From: Azolla caroliniana | Lineage: Eukaryota > Plantae > Polypodiophyta | Length of the DNA: 64,000 nucleotides | Direction of reading: 5' to 3' | Assembly: GCA_043228905.1 (NCBI GenBank) | Contig: JBHGNT010000001.1 | Span: forward strand, 22,568,001-22,632,000 | Shown: positions 13,426-25,143 of the stretch, piece by piece | Position numbering within the stretch: position 1 is the first letter of the stretch | Layout of the letters: each line of letters starts with the position of its first letter | The notes under the pieces: model-generated | What the model was told of the DNA's origin: nothing | The model's input: only the letters and a program-made list of their open reading frames with translations | The model's database searches: none | Program-made: the position numbers and the translations under genes

Positions 13426-15657
13426 CTATCTTTCATCTTCATGTTGATCTATAGGAGGAGGTTCAAGCTCGAACCTTCTTTTTAAAAAACTTTTATTCTC
13501 TTTCCAAGTACCAAATTCTTTTGGTATCGAATGATCTCGAAGGTCTACCTTGTTCCTCTCATGATTTGGGCGAACTGTCATAAATTGTACAGTTCGTCGT
13601 CCATCTTGGCTACGGATTTTCGCATAGGCAGAACCATTGTCGAGGACTTTGGTCTCCATTCGTACCGCTGTAATGTATGGTTGCCCCAAGATTATTGGAT
13701 AGGTAGATCCTTCTTGCACAAAGAAATGTTGATCTACCTCTATATCACCAATAGTAATCTTTACATTTGGGCATGCACCAAATAAATCTTCCGTGACTGA
13801 TGTGGCAGCTTTTACTCGCCAACCATGTTGAGTATCAATTGGCCATTTACCTTTCCTGTAAAAATTAGCACTCATTATATTTATTTCAGAACCATGATCA
13901 ATAAGTGCCATCACGGGGTCTGGAACATTTCCAATCTTCACATGAGTCTCAGTAGTGGCTCTTGCCCAACATTTGCGAGAGTAATGGCTTCTTACATCTG
14001 TTGAATTTATCATTGAGGTTGATGCATGTTGAGAGTCAACAACGATATTGTTTGACTCGTTGCTCACCACTTCATATGCCACCTTCGGATTTGTCTCTTT
14101 AACCTGCTCATTTACTTGCTTCTTTCTTCGCACAATATCAATTATTTCATCATGAAATTCCTTTTTTGCAATACCTAACACTTCTCTTAGTGTAAATTCT
14201 ACTCGACTGTCTAGTATTCTTGTTTCTAAAACTTTCTTTAAATCTGTATCCTTTTCAATATCAGACATTAATTTGAATGAAGGACCAGATTTACCTTTTT
14301 CAACTTTTGCGTCCATCTCTTTTCTTTTGCTTTCTCTTGTTTCATGCTTTTTGGTTGAGCCAATCTCATCATCCGATCTTTTCCTTTTTTCTTCCACTAT
14401 CACCTCATGCTCTTGGTGTTCTGCCATCTGAGCATAGACTGTCATAACATCTACTGGAACATCCCATCCAGTGTTTTTCCTCACAGAATCTCCGGCAACA
14501 CGAAGGTCTTCCATCTTCATCTTTTGCTTTTGTGCGGTACTTACAACCTTCTCCCAGAATGATGATCGGGATGGCATGTCATCGAGGCGCATTCCTGCCG
14601 TTGCCGAGTAATACATTGCGGAAGCCTTCTTTGCTTTAGCTTCTTCAAATTTAACCTTAACACCACCATCACCAAAGTTCTTTGTAAGCGGAGATCTAGT
14701 TTCAGTTAAGTAAATGTTACCATTTTTCCAATAGACCAAGTCTCGATTCTCCATGTCTTTATATTCTTCACAATCACGTAGACGATGTTCGAGACTATCA
14801 CACCACATGCATCGAGGTCGAAATGGTTCCCTTGACCTCGAAGTTTGACCATTCTCAAGCTTTGCCACTTTAATTGTTAGATCTTTCATACTTTGAACTA
14901 AATCATCAAGCAAAAACTCACTCTTAGTTCCCGTCATTTCTCGTGGTTGATGGACCATTTCGTGTGATGGTTCTTGACCAAGTCTTTGAACTTCAATGTT
15001 TTGCTCAAGCCGATTTGTGTTTCCCACATGTGGTATTTGTAGCATTACACCATTCCTTTGCATTCTTTTCATAAATTTATTACAAGCATTTGTTACCTCA
15101 TTCCAATCTGTCGTTATACCATCCTCAGTATTTGGCACTTCAAGCATAAATTCCAATTCTTTTCTATATCTCTTGTCAACTGCCTGCAAAAATAAAGCAA
15201 CCTTTTGCCAAGACAAAGAATTTCTTTCTTCTGGCTTTAGGTGTCCATACATCATATCAAACTCTTTTTTTGTGTCAGACACAGATAACCCTTTATCTTC
15301 TTTTAAGATCCATTCATGAAATGAACGCATAGTAACTCGAGAGAAATCCTCACGAGCATATTCAGACACAAGTGCTTCTTTGAATGCATTCCAATCCAAA
15401 CTATGCAATGCTTGTATTTCATGAATTCTATCTCTTAATTCCATGTCCACTAATTTATAAAAGTTTGCTATCATATTGACATCATTTATACCAGACATTT
15501 CCATTTCATCATAATATATATTCACATACTTCGAAATATTTGTGCCATCAAACATACCAATCTTCTCTCGGACTTCTCGTAAGGCATGAAATAATCGATC
15601 TTGATTCAACTTTTCAATAAACAACATTACCGGATCCATTGCACTCGTACTTGCCAT
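13426..15657 (-). CDS. Intact 743-aa Gag-aspartic protease polyprotein
   Basis: Uninterrupted ORF; Gag N-term (GMFDGTNISKY), zinc knuckle CMWCDSLEHRLRDC, protease LIDHGSEIN...IILGQP; no RT, RH or IN core. Confidence 0.92.
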   Translation of the reverse strand: MASTSAMDPVMLFIEKLNQDRLFHALREVREKIGMFDGTNISKYVNIYYDEMEMSGINDVNMIANFYKLVDMELRDRIHEIQALHSLDWNAFKEALVSEYAREDFSRVTMRSFHEWILKEDKGLSVSDTKKEFDMMYGHLKPEERNSLSWQKVALFLQAVDKRYRKELEFMLEVPNTEDGITTDWNEVTNACNKFMKRMQRNGVMLQIPHVGNTNRLEQNIEVQRLGQEPSHEMVHQPREMTGTKSEFLLDDLVQSMKDLTIKVAKLENGQTSRSREPFRPRCMWCDSLEHRLRDCEEYKDMENRDLVYWKNGNIYLTETRSPLTKNFGDGGVKVKFEEAKAKKASAMYYSATAGMRLDDMPSRSSFWEKVVSTAQKQKMKMEDLRVAGDSVRKNTGWDVPVDVMTVYAQMAEHQEHEVIVEEKRKRSDDEIGSTKKHETRESKRKEMDAKVEKGKSGPSFKLMSDIEKDTDLKKVLETRILDSRVEFTLREVLGIAKKEFHDEIIDIVRRKKQVNEQVKETNPKVAYEVVSNESNNIVVDSQHASTSMINSTDVRSHYSRKCWARATTETHVKIGNVPDPVMALIDHGSEINIMSANFYRKGKWPIDTQHGWRVKAATSVTEDLFGACPNVKITIGDIEVDQHFFVQEGSTYPIILGQPYITAVRMETKVLDNGSAYAKIRSQDGRRTVQFMTVRPNHERNKVDLRDHSIPKEFGTWKENKSFLKRRFELEPPPIDQHEDER

Positions 15658-15701
15658 GTTGATGTTGATCTTTACTTTAGATGTCTCTTCTACTTCCCCG
15701 T

Positions 15702-15719
15702 TTCACGTCGGGTTCACCA
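15702..15719 (-). promoter_or_regulatory. Primer-binding site complementary to tRNA-Trp
   Basis: + strand TTCACGTCGGGTTCACCA matches the 3' end of plant cytosolic tRNA-Trp as I recall it; related PBS at 18741-18755+19464, 31627-31644 and ~8972-8990. Confidence 0.8.
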
Positions 15720-17007
15720 AATTGTGTCGTGGCGTGGCTCGCCTAGAAGCGTAGCGTTGTGTAGACAAAAGATATCGTGAAAGTGAGGAAGGAATCACTG
15801 GGATTATGGACGGAAGAGACGAAAGAGTAGAGATAGATAAATAGTGATCAACAAGATATGACAAGATAGGATATAGAATGATATTTGAAGCAATAAAAGA
15901 GATTTATAATTATTTGATAAAAGAGTTACAAAATGATTGTGCACATCATTGAACCTCTGAACTTTGTCTTGCAAGGTAATCGCTCTTCTCTTTCTTGATC
16001 GTAGACCATTACAATCTTCACTTCAATATTTTGATGAAGATAAGGCTCGAACCGCCTCCTTCTTGTTGAGAGTTGACCACCCCGACCGCCAAGCTAAAGC
16101 TCCACGTTTATGTTAAACTTCTTCCCTTCTTTCTCTTTCTTTATGGTATCTCTTATGAAATATATAATTTGATTGATATCTCATACATATCTCCCCTTTG
16201 ATCTTCTCTTTCACCATTTAAATAGGTGCCCCCATGCATATGATGCATTGGAGGGTACAAATCATGCATGTAGTGCATGAAATGCATGTGATGCATGATA
16301 AACATCTCGCTCATTTGAGCTTTTATGTATGAAACAATATATGCAATAACAATAAACATGAAAACATAATCTTAAAGAGAAAGGGCCTGTCCTAATGCTA
16401 GGTGTGTCAACTTTGGTGTATGAGGTTGTGGGTTCGAGTCTCAAAATGTTGTTGAATACAACATACAACTTTATTTTTATATCATGATGCAAATCCTTTA
16501 TGTAATATAAAGTATGCTTTATTTTATGTATATTACTAGTATAGAGTAAATGGTAAGATTTGAGAGTCATAGGGTGGGGTTATTGGTTCAAGTCCTCTCT
16601 TGTTCGTGTAATATAATATATTTATCTATATATATATATATATATATTATTTTTCTTTACATATATATCTAATATTATCATATGTGTTGTTAATATTATA
16701 TTTATATATAAAACATTATCAAATGTTATTTTAGTTACGTATTTATCTTATTGTAGATTTTTAATGTGAAGCTTTCGTACTTCATGACACCGCTATGGAG
16801 GAAGAAATGCGGGCACTTGATTCCAACGACACATGGGACCTAGTTGACCCCTCCCTAACACTATAAAACGATCGGATCTAAGTGGGTGTACAAGGTAAAG
16901 TACAATGCCGACGGTTCGGTTAACCGGTACAAGGCCCGGTTAGTGGCGAGGGATACGCGTAGACCCACGGAATCGACCACGACGAGACCTTCACTCTGGT
17001 AGCGAAG

Positions 17008-18083
17008 ATGACGACGGTTCGTGTGGTGCTAGTGGTTGTCGCGGCAAGGGGGTGGTATCTTCACCAAATGGACGTGAAGAATGCATTTCTACAAGGCGAT
17101 CTTGAAGAAGAGGTCTTTATGACCCAACCCTCTGGTTTCCAGTCGAAGATGCACAAGTCCGCGGTATGCCGGCTGAAGAAGTCACTTTATGGCTTGAAGC
17201 AAGCCCCCCGAGCTTGGAATACGAAGATCACGCACTGGTTGCGTAAGATGGGGTTTGCGGCTTCCAAGTCCGACTCTTCGTTGTTCATCCGACAAGGTTC
17301 CGACGGTTCGGTTTGCATCTTGCTGTATGTTGATGATCTAGTCATCACCGAACCCAGACTCGATGAAATCAACGGAGTCAAGTCCCAACTGTCAGAAGCA
17401 TTTGAGATGAAGGACCTGGGGGACCTTCACTATTTCCTTGGGATCGAGGTGATCCGAACCCGTGACGGCATATTGCTCTCACAAAGACACTATGTGTTGA
17501 ATATGTTGTACAAGTTTGGCATGACGGAATGCCGACTAATCTCCACACCCCTGGACCGGAACCAGAAGCTCCATCCTGACTCTGGACTGACCTGCGATGA
17601 GAAGCGGTTCCGACAAATGGTCGGAAGCCATATATATTTGACAATCACCCGACTTGACATTAGTTATCCGGTCGGCATGATCAGCCAATATATGCAGAAG
17701 CCGACCGTGGAGCAACTTCTGTGCACGCATCGGATTTTGCGATATGTGAGCGTCACGAAGGACCGGGGGCTGTTATACCAACATGGTATAACCGAAGAGC
17801 TAGTCGGCTACACCGATGCCGACTGGGCTGGCGATGCATCGGATCACGGATCCCCCTCCGGCTATATGTTTTCCCTTGGTAGCGCAACTGTTGTGTGGTG
17901 TAGCAAAAAGGAGCCAACAATGGTCCTTTCGAGCACAGAGGCTGAATACCGGGGTGCTACCGTTGCCACTTGTGAAGCCATTTGGCTTCGGCGACTGCTG
18001 CAAGACCTGCGGATCGAGGTGCCGACCCCCATCCTGATCTACTGCGACAACATCAGCATCATGCAACTCACCAAGAACCCCGT
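17008..18083 (+). pseudogene. C1 reverse transcriptase / RNase H
   Basis: QMDVKNAFLQG, LKKSLYGLKQAPRAW, LLYVDD, YTDADWAG, SSTEAEY, YCDN motifs; cut by the G2 insertion. Confidence 0.9.
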
Positions 18084-18755
18084 TGTCGGAGAAAAAGGCG
18101 CATGAACCGGCTCTTACGTGGGTGGACGCGAGAATTGATATTTTGTACATAATGCATAATTAAGTCGGTTGATGTAAATACTAGGTAGTACACATTTATT
18201 AGGGAATTTGTGCGTATCTCTGTCGAAAGGGATAGGGAATAAAGCGATTTGACTAGGGAAGGAGGGTCTCCCCTTGGCGAACTACTTAAGGAGGGAGAGA
18301 AGGAAGAAAGGGGATCGCGCGTTGGCGAGGATGAAGTGCTGTTGCAGAACCGAGGGCCGAGCTCTCTGTCTCCGATCGTCGTTCTTTGTGGGTGTCGGGA
18401 GTTCGCTGCCTCTGCTCCGTGGATAGCCTGTGTGCTTCCAACAGAGGCTCTCTCCCCCCCCCCCCCCCCCCCCCCCCCTCCCCCTTTTTGTTTCATTGAG
18501 TCGAGTGGCTGTCGTCTGTGTGCGTGAGTAGGACCCCGTGTCAGGTCCATTACCGGTTTGCCGGTTGTAACTGTTCGAGTTGTAAGCTACTGATTATAGT
18601 AATCGGATTCCTGTTTCTTGCTCTTATTTTCTTTCTGTGTATCTGCAACTCTCTCTCTCTCTCTCTCACTCTCTCCTTGGTCCAAGACCCCCGTGGTCCC
18701 GCCTCTTCTTACACGCGAACGCGAAACTTCGCGACATAATTGGTGAACCCTACGT

Positions 18756-19459
18756 TGTCGTAGTGTATTCGACACACTACGTGAAAACCATAAAATAATA
18801 TATCCGATTTTAGATACATATAAATAAATAAATAAAATGTCAAAATATTTATCACGTGCATAGGGCAAGATTCGAACCTTGCACCTCCACGTAGATAAAC
18901 TTCAACTTTACCATTGAAATAACTTATCTTTAGTGTTATACATATAGATTTAATACGTATAAGACCTTTATTTACACATACCTTTATAAAAAGGTAAAAA
19001 TCATGTATTGTTTAGGGTGTGAATATTTTATTTACACGTGACATTGAAAGTGACTCATGCACATCTAGCGTGCATGAGCCCTATATTTAGGAAATGACAA
19101 AGCATCACATGCACATTTAGTGTGCATGGACACTTTTGGTGAAAAAGCATGGAGCCATGCTTAGCCTCTTCCATCTTTATATAAGGAGGAGAGAAATATG
19201 TATAAGGTTGTTGATTAATATACAAGGATTGATCAATCTAATACATTCGTGGGATTCACGAATTTTGCCATCTAAATTACTCTTATAATCTAAATATTGT
19301 TTTAAATACACTAAACTCGTGGGATTCACGAGATTGCTATCTTACTTCTCTTTCTACTATTCCTAACTAGCCTTAAGTTGTATTCCTCTTCCTCCTAGTC
19401 AAAAACCTCGGCGGTTCCCACCCGACTCACGCAACGATCCGGAGCCGAAAGGCACGACA
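18756..19459 (+). mobile_element. Solo LTR of G1 family inserted in the PBS of G2
   Basis: TGTCGT..CACGACA; TSD ACGT (18752-18755/19460-19463); homologous to 140-769. Confidence 0.9.
18860..18925 (-). other. tRNA-like module in solo LTR U3
   Basis: Minus strand ..TTCAATGGTAAAG....GGAGGTGCAAGGTTCGAATCTTGC (T-arm GCAAG/CTTGC, B-box at 18869-18878). Confidence 0.65.
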
Positions 19460-19616
19460 ACGTGAACATGCGGCAAAGGAGTCGGAAGATGAGGGGATCG
19501 AAGCTAGCAGAGGCAATGGCGGTAGCCGTCGACCGACTGGTGAGCACTCGCGAGGGGACGGGTACCCTCTGTTGGGAGACAGGTCCCTCCGGATGGGAAG
19601 GGAGAAGAACAGTGTT

Positions 19617-19830
19617 GATGAGGTGTACCCGGCTACAGAGAGCCAAATGGTGCGGACCCGGTGAGAACCGGATGAGGAGTACCCGGCTACGGAGAGTCGG
19701 ATGGTGTAGACCCGGTGAGAACCGGATGAGGAGTACCCGGCTACGGAGAGCCGGATGGTGCAGAACCGGTGAGAACCGGATGAGGAGTACCCGGCTACGG
19801 AGAGCCGGATGGTGCAGACCCGGTGAGGAG
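19617..19830. repeat. 54-bp tandem repeat x4 in C2 5' LTR U3 (x5 at 24400-24665; x3 at ~36105-36262)
   Basis: Unit GATGAGGAGTACCCGGCTACGGAGAGCCGGATGGTGCAGACCCGGTGAGAACCG, starts 54 bp apart. Confidence 0.92.
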
Positions 19831-20325
19831 CGGTCACCGGATGGAGAGACATATTCGTAAATATGTTTCTGAGAGTCCATCGAGGCTATATTTGTAAATA
19901 GCCGAAAAGTCATATTAGTATAAATATGACTTAGGGCAAACTTATTGAGTGTGATGCAAGTGTTGTTATTCATGTCTGCGAGAGATCAGAGCGCGTAACT
20001 GTGTACAGAGAGAGAGAGAGAGAGGAAGAGGTCGTTGCCTTTGTTGTAACCGCCGCCTGTGGCGAAGACAGAAAGCTCGAGGTCGTTGCCGTGGTGCTTT
20101 ACTGTTGTACACTATAACATAGTGATAGTTTGCAGCCTGCGGGCTGCTGTGGTTTTTCCCTAGTTTGTGTTTTCCACGTAAACATCCTGTGTACTCTTCT
20201 CTTCACTGTGTCGTGCATTCTTACCTGTTTTCTGTGTATGATTCTAAGCTCGGTTGTGGCCGAGCATTGCATATATGGAGCGTGTAGTTCCCGTCAAGTG
20301 GTATCAGAGCGAAACGACACAGAAA

Positions 20326-23300
20326 ATGGACGAATCATTGGGCAGCATGTTCAAGCTCACCGGCTCCAACAATTCAGTGTGGAAGTTGAAGATGAGGGAT
20401 ATGCTCGTGGGTGAAGATCTTTGGTTGCCGGTTCAGTTTGGGAAAAGAGACCGGACAAAATCGATGCCACGATATGGGAGGTGATGCACATGAAGACAAC
20501 GACTTACATACGGTGCTTCATCGACATGAGCCTATACAACAACTTCAATGAAGAGAGCAAGGCTCATGATCTCTGGGAGAAGATCAACATTATGTTTCAA
20601 AACAAAAATGTTGTTAATCAGGTTTCGGTATTCCGGAAGCTAGTAAGACTCCGGTACCAAGATGGCTCCAGCATGGCGGAGCACATGAATGCCTTTCAGG
20701 GGCTGATCCACCAGGGAACTTCATTGGAGGTACTAGCGCTACTCCTGCTCGGTTCCCTCCCGGATAACTGGGAGACGTTGGTTGTCACTTTGGGCAACGC
20801 CGGGCCGGAAGGAAAGCGGTTATCCCTAGCAAGAGTAAAGTCGAGCTTGCTAGATGAGGAGGCGAGTCAGAAAGATAAAGATACGAGCTCCGACTCCAAA
20901 GCGCTCCTTACCGAATTGGAACGCGGAAGACATAGAAACCGTAGTCCCTAGAACCGGGAGAAGTCGGGGACATGATCAAAGTCAAGGGGGAGGCCTACTT
21001 GCTTCTATTGCGGCAAGCCGGGATACTTCCAGAAGAACTGTCGGCATTTCCGAAAGGACAAGGAAACCGATGGTACCGATTTGAAGCGGATACCGGACCG
21101 GAACGGTAAAGACCGGAGGGGAACAGACCGAAAGGGGACGACGGCAATCGCGGCAAGTGAAGAAGAGTTGATGCTCATCACCGAGGAGAGTGAGCTAAAC
21201 ATTGCCGGCGACGAGATGACTTGGATGGTCGACTCCGGAGCGTCGTTCTACCTTACCCCGGACCGGAAATGCTTCTCATCCTACTCAACCGTTGATCACG
21301 GCTGTGTCCGGATGGGGAATGAAGGTACATGCCGAATTGTTGGCATAGGAGACGTATGGCTGTCAACACGAATCGGATGCAAGATGCTGCTGAAGGATGT
21401 TCGACACGTTCCGGAAGTTCGTCTGAACTTGATATCAGCCGGTCGGCTAGATGATGAAGGCTACACGGGTAGCATCCGGAATGGTGTTATGAAGTTTAGC
21501 ATAGGGATCCTGATTGTGGCTCGGGCCCGGAAGGTAAACACGTTGTACCTGATGAATGCCTGGTTATGTCCGGAGGAAGTGAACGTGGTATCCGACACTA
21601 CCGGTGAGCTGTGGCACAAGAGGCTGTGTCACATGAGCGAGAAGGGGATGAAGAGGCTTGCAGACGACAACCTCATTCCAATGAAGAAGGTGCACTTGGA
21701 GAAGTTCACTGATTGTCTGGCCGGTAAGCAAAACCGGACCTCCTTCCGACCAAGGCCACCGATGAGACGTAATGCACCACTGGAGTTGGTGCATACTGAT
21801 GTGTGTCAAGTGGACACGAAGTCACATGCAGGATCGCAGTACTTCGTGACGTTCATAGATGACCACAGCCGGAAGCTGTGGGCCACACCGTTGAAGACGA
21901 AGGATCAGGTGTTATCCGTCTTCAAAGAGCTCCACGCGAGAGTGGAAAGAGAAACCGGCCGGAAGTTGAAGGCGGTTCGAGGAGATAACGGAGGAGAATA
22001 CCGGGGGCAGTTTGAGGAGTACTGCCGCTCGAAGGGAATCCGGCTCGAATTTACCGTGCCGAAGACACTGGAACTAAACGAACTGGCCGAGAGGAGAACC
22101 AGACCATAATGGAGAGGGTCCAGAGTATGCTAGCGCATGCAAAACTACCCAAGAAGTTTTGGGCTGAGGCACTGTCGACGACGACATATGTGATAAATAG
22201 ATCACCCTCAGTACCCTTGGATGGAGACACGCCACAGAGAGTAAGGAAATATCCTACTGGCATCTGAAGGTGTTCGGGTGTCTCGCGTACGTGCATGTAG
22301 CTAAGGACCGGAGAGGAAAGTTAGATCCAAAGACTCGGCCATGCATATTCCTTGGTTACGGTGACGATGAGTTCGGCTACTGAGTGTGGGACCTGGTCGA
22401 CAAGAAGGTATTCCGGAGTCGAGCTATTATCTTCATGGAGGACAAGACGCTCGCCGACTGGGAATCGGAGAAGAAGATAATGAACTCCGAGTCGACCGAT
22501 AAGGATCGACTCTACGATGAGTAGACCCAACCGGCAAGAGACCGGTTAGCACTCGAGGGACCAGCCGGTTACGGTGAGGATACCGAACAGGCTGAAAAAG
22601 AAGTGGAGGAAGCTGAAACCGGAACCGGCCAAGACCTCGAATCGGATTCAGATGAAGAGCAAATGGAGGAGCCGGTTACCGAAGCCCGAAGACGGACATA
22701 TCCTCTTAAGGAGAGAAGGGCGCCCCAGAGATTTCCGGATGCAGAGCATGTTCTGCTGACCGATGAGGGGGAGCCAGAAAGCTTCGAAGAAGCTAAGGAT
22801 GACACCCACAACCGCAAATGGTTAAGTGCCATGCAGGATGAGATGGATTCCCTGCATGAAAACCATACGTACGAATTGGTGGAGTTGCCGAAAGGAAAGC
22901 GGGCACTCCGAAACAAGTGGGTGTACAAGTTTAAACCGGGAGATGCTGGCAACCCCCCGAGATACAAAGCCAGGATCGTGGTGAAGGGGTTCCAGCAGAA
23001 AAAGGGCGTGGACTTTGACGAGATATTTGCCCCGGTAGTAAAGATGACCTCCATCCGGACGGTGCTGAGTATAACGGCAAGCATGGACCTCGAGGTAGAA
23101 CAACTGGACGTGAAGACGCCATTTCTTTACGATGACCTCGAAGAGGAGATCTACATGCAACAACCCGAGGGATTTGTGGAGAAAGGGAAGGAGCACCTGG
23201 TATGCCGGCTGAAGAAGAGCCTGTACGGACTAAAGCAGGCCCCCCGGCAATGGTACCGGAAGTTCGACTTATTCATGGCCGATCAAGGGTACCACAAGAT

Positions 23301-24342
23301 GCAGGCCGATCACTACGTGGTTGTGAAGAAGTTTGAAGGAGGCGACTTCTTGATACTCCTTTTGTACGTGGATGACATGTTGATCGTCGGACGGGACCAA
23401 GTCAAAATACGGATGCTGAAGAAGGCTCTCAACCAGACCTTCTCAATGAAAAACTTGGGTCCGGCAAGACAGATGTTGTGGATGCATATTATTTGGAACC
23501 GGTCAATGAAGCAATTATGGTTGTCACAGGAGAAGTACGTGACAAAAGTGCTTCAGCGGTTCAACATGTCAGATGTGAAACTGGTCGGATCGACACTTCC
23601 GGCAAACTGCAAGCTATCCGGTAAGCAAAGCCCGAAGACGAAAGCAGAGAAGGCGGATATGATGAAGATTCCATATGCCTCTGCCGTCGGGAGCTTAATG
23701 TACACAATGGTGTGTACCCGACCGGATATAGGATACGCAGTTGGAGTGGTGAGCTGGTTCATGAGCAATCCCGGCAAGGAGCACTGGAATGCGGTCAAAT
23801 GGATACTCCGGCACTTGAAGGGCACTTCAAATATGTGTCTCCGATTCGGCTCCGGAAAACCTCAACTTGACGGTTTCACCGATTCGGACATGTCGGCTGA
23901 TGTGGATACCAACCGGTCTACATCCGGGTATGTAATGACATATGCAGGGGGAGCTGTCTCATGGCAGTCGAGGCTGCAGAAGATGGTTGCATTGTCAACC
24001 ACGGAGGCGGAGTACATGGCGGCTGTGGAAGCCGGCAAGGAAATATTATGGATGAAGGACTTCATGGGAGAGCTCGATATCCGGCAAGATGAATACCGGC
24101 TCTATTGCGACAGTCAAAGTGCCATCCACCTTGCTAAGAATGCGGCCTACCATTCCCGGACGAAGCATATCCAGCGAAGGTATCACTGGATCTGGGAAAG
24201 AGTAGAAGACCGGGAGTTCGTGTTGACGAAGATCCACACGGCCGAGAACGGGTCAGATATGCTGACCAAAGTGTTGATACCCGACAAGTTGGATGCATGC
24301 CGGAAGCGGATCAGACTAGTAAGACACCCCATGCTGGAGTGA
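20326..24342 (+). pseudogene. C2 gag-pol polyprotein
   Basis: Gag (20421-20951), CFYCGKPG knuckle, protease WMVDSGAS, IN (LWHKRLCH, HTDV, DNGGEY), RT/RH ORF 22603-24342 (LLYVDD, TDSDM, STTEAEY). Confidence 0.9.
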
Positions 24343-25143
24343 AGGGGGAGTTTGTTGGGAGACAGGTCCCTCCGGATGGGAAGGGAGAAGAACAATGCTG
24401 ATGAGGTCTACCCGGCTACGGAGAGCCGGATGGTGCAGACCCGGTGAGAACCGGATGAGGAGTACCCGGCTACGGAGAGCTAGATGGTGCAGACCCGGTG
24501 AGAATCGGATGAGGAGTACCCGGCTACGGAGAGCCGGATGGTGCAGACCTGGTGAGAACCAGATGAGGAGTACCCGGCTACGGAGAGCCGGATGGTGCAG
24601 ACCCGGTGAGAACCGGATGAGGAGTACCCGGCTACGGAGAGCCGGATGGTGCAAACCCGGTGAGGAGTGCTCACCGGATGGAGAGACATATTCGTAAATA
24701 TGTTTCTGAGAGTCCATCGAGGCTATATTTGTAAATAGCCGAGAAGTCATATTAGTATAAATATGACTTAGGGCAAACTTATTGAGTGTGATGCAGGTGT
24801 TGTTGTTATTCATGTCTACGAGAGATCAGAGCGCGTAACTGCGTACAGAGAGAGAGAGAGAGAGAAGAAGAGGTCGTTGCCTCTGTTGTAACCGCCGCAT
24901 GTGGCAAAGAAAGAAAGCTCGAGGTCGTTGCCTTGGTGATTTACTGTTGTACACTATAACATAGTGATAGTTTGCAGCCTGTGGGCTGCCGTGGTTTTTC
25001 CCTAGTTTGGGTTTTCCACGTAAACATCATGTGTACTCTTCTCTTCATTGTGTCGTGCATTCTTACCTGTTTTCTGTGTATGATTTTAAGCTCGGTTGTG
25101 GCCGAGCGTTGCGTATACGAAGCGTGTAGTTCCCGTCACCCTC

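Larger units (their letters stand above)
12317..16789 (-). mobile_element. Young non-autonomous gypsy element encoding only Gag-protease (TR-GAG-like)
   Basis: LTRs 12317-13385 and 15725-16789 nearly identical (I see only a (TA)n length change and CGACA/TGACA); TSD CCGC; PBS 15702-15719; PPT 13386-13400; a single ORF. Confidence 0.95.
19570..25138 (+). mobile_element. C2: full-length Ty1/copia (Tork/Tnt1-like), inactivated by stops and frameshifts
   Basis: TSD CCCTC; LTRs 19570-20296 and 24353-25138; PBS TGGTATCAGAGC (tRNA-iMet, 20299-20310); PPT GAAGGGGGAG 24341-24350. Confidence 0.95.

Noticed and set aside
12745-16570. Duplicated His/Met-rich small ORFs (12745-12951, 16153-16359 and neighbours)
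   Set aside because: They lie within the two LTRs and reflect ATGCAT-rich promoter sequence.
18452-18485. Long poly-C tract
   Set aside because: Slippage expansion of a shorter C-tract also present in the 3' LTR (~35256-35278); no evidence of function.
19617-24665. 54-bp array as a possible CRISPR array
   Set aside because: Units are contiguous with no unique spacers, there are no cas genes, and the context is a eukaryotic LTR.
19395-24813. ORFs with 18-aa repeats on both strands (19395-19973, 19462-19860, 24316-24813)
   Set aside because: By-product of the stop-free 54-bp LTR tandem repeat; not proteins.
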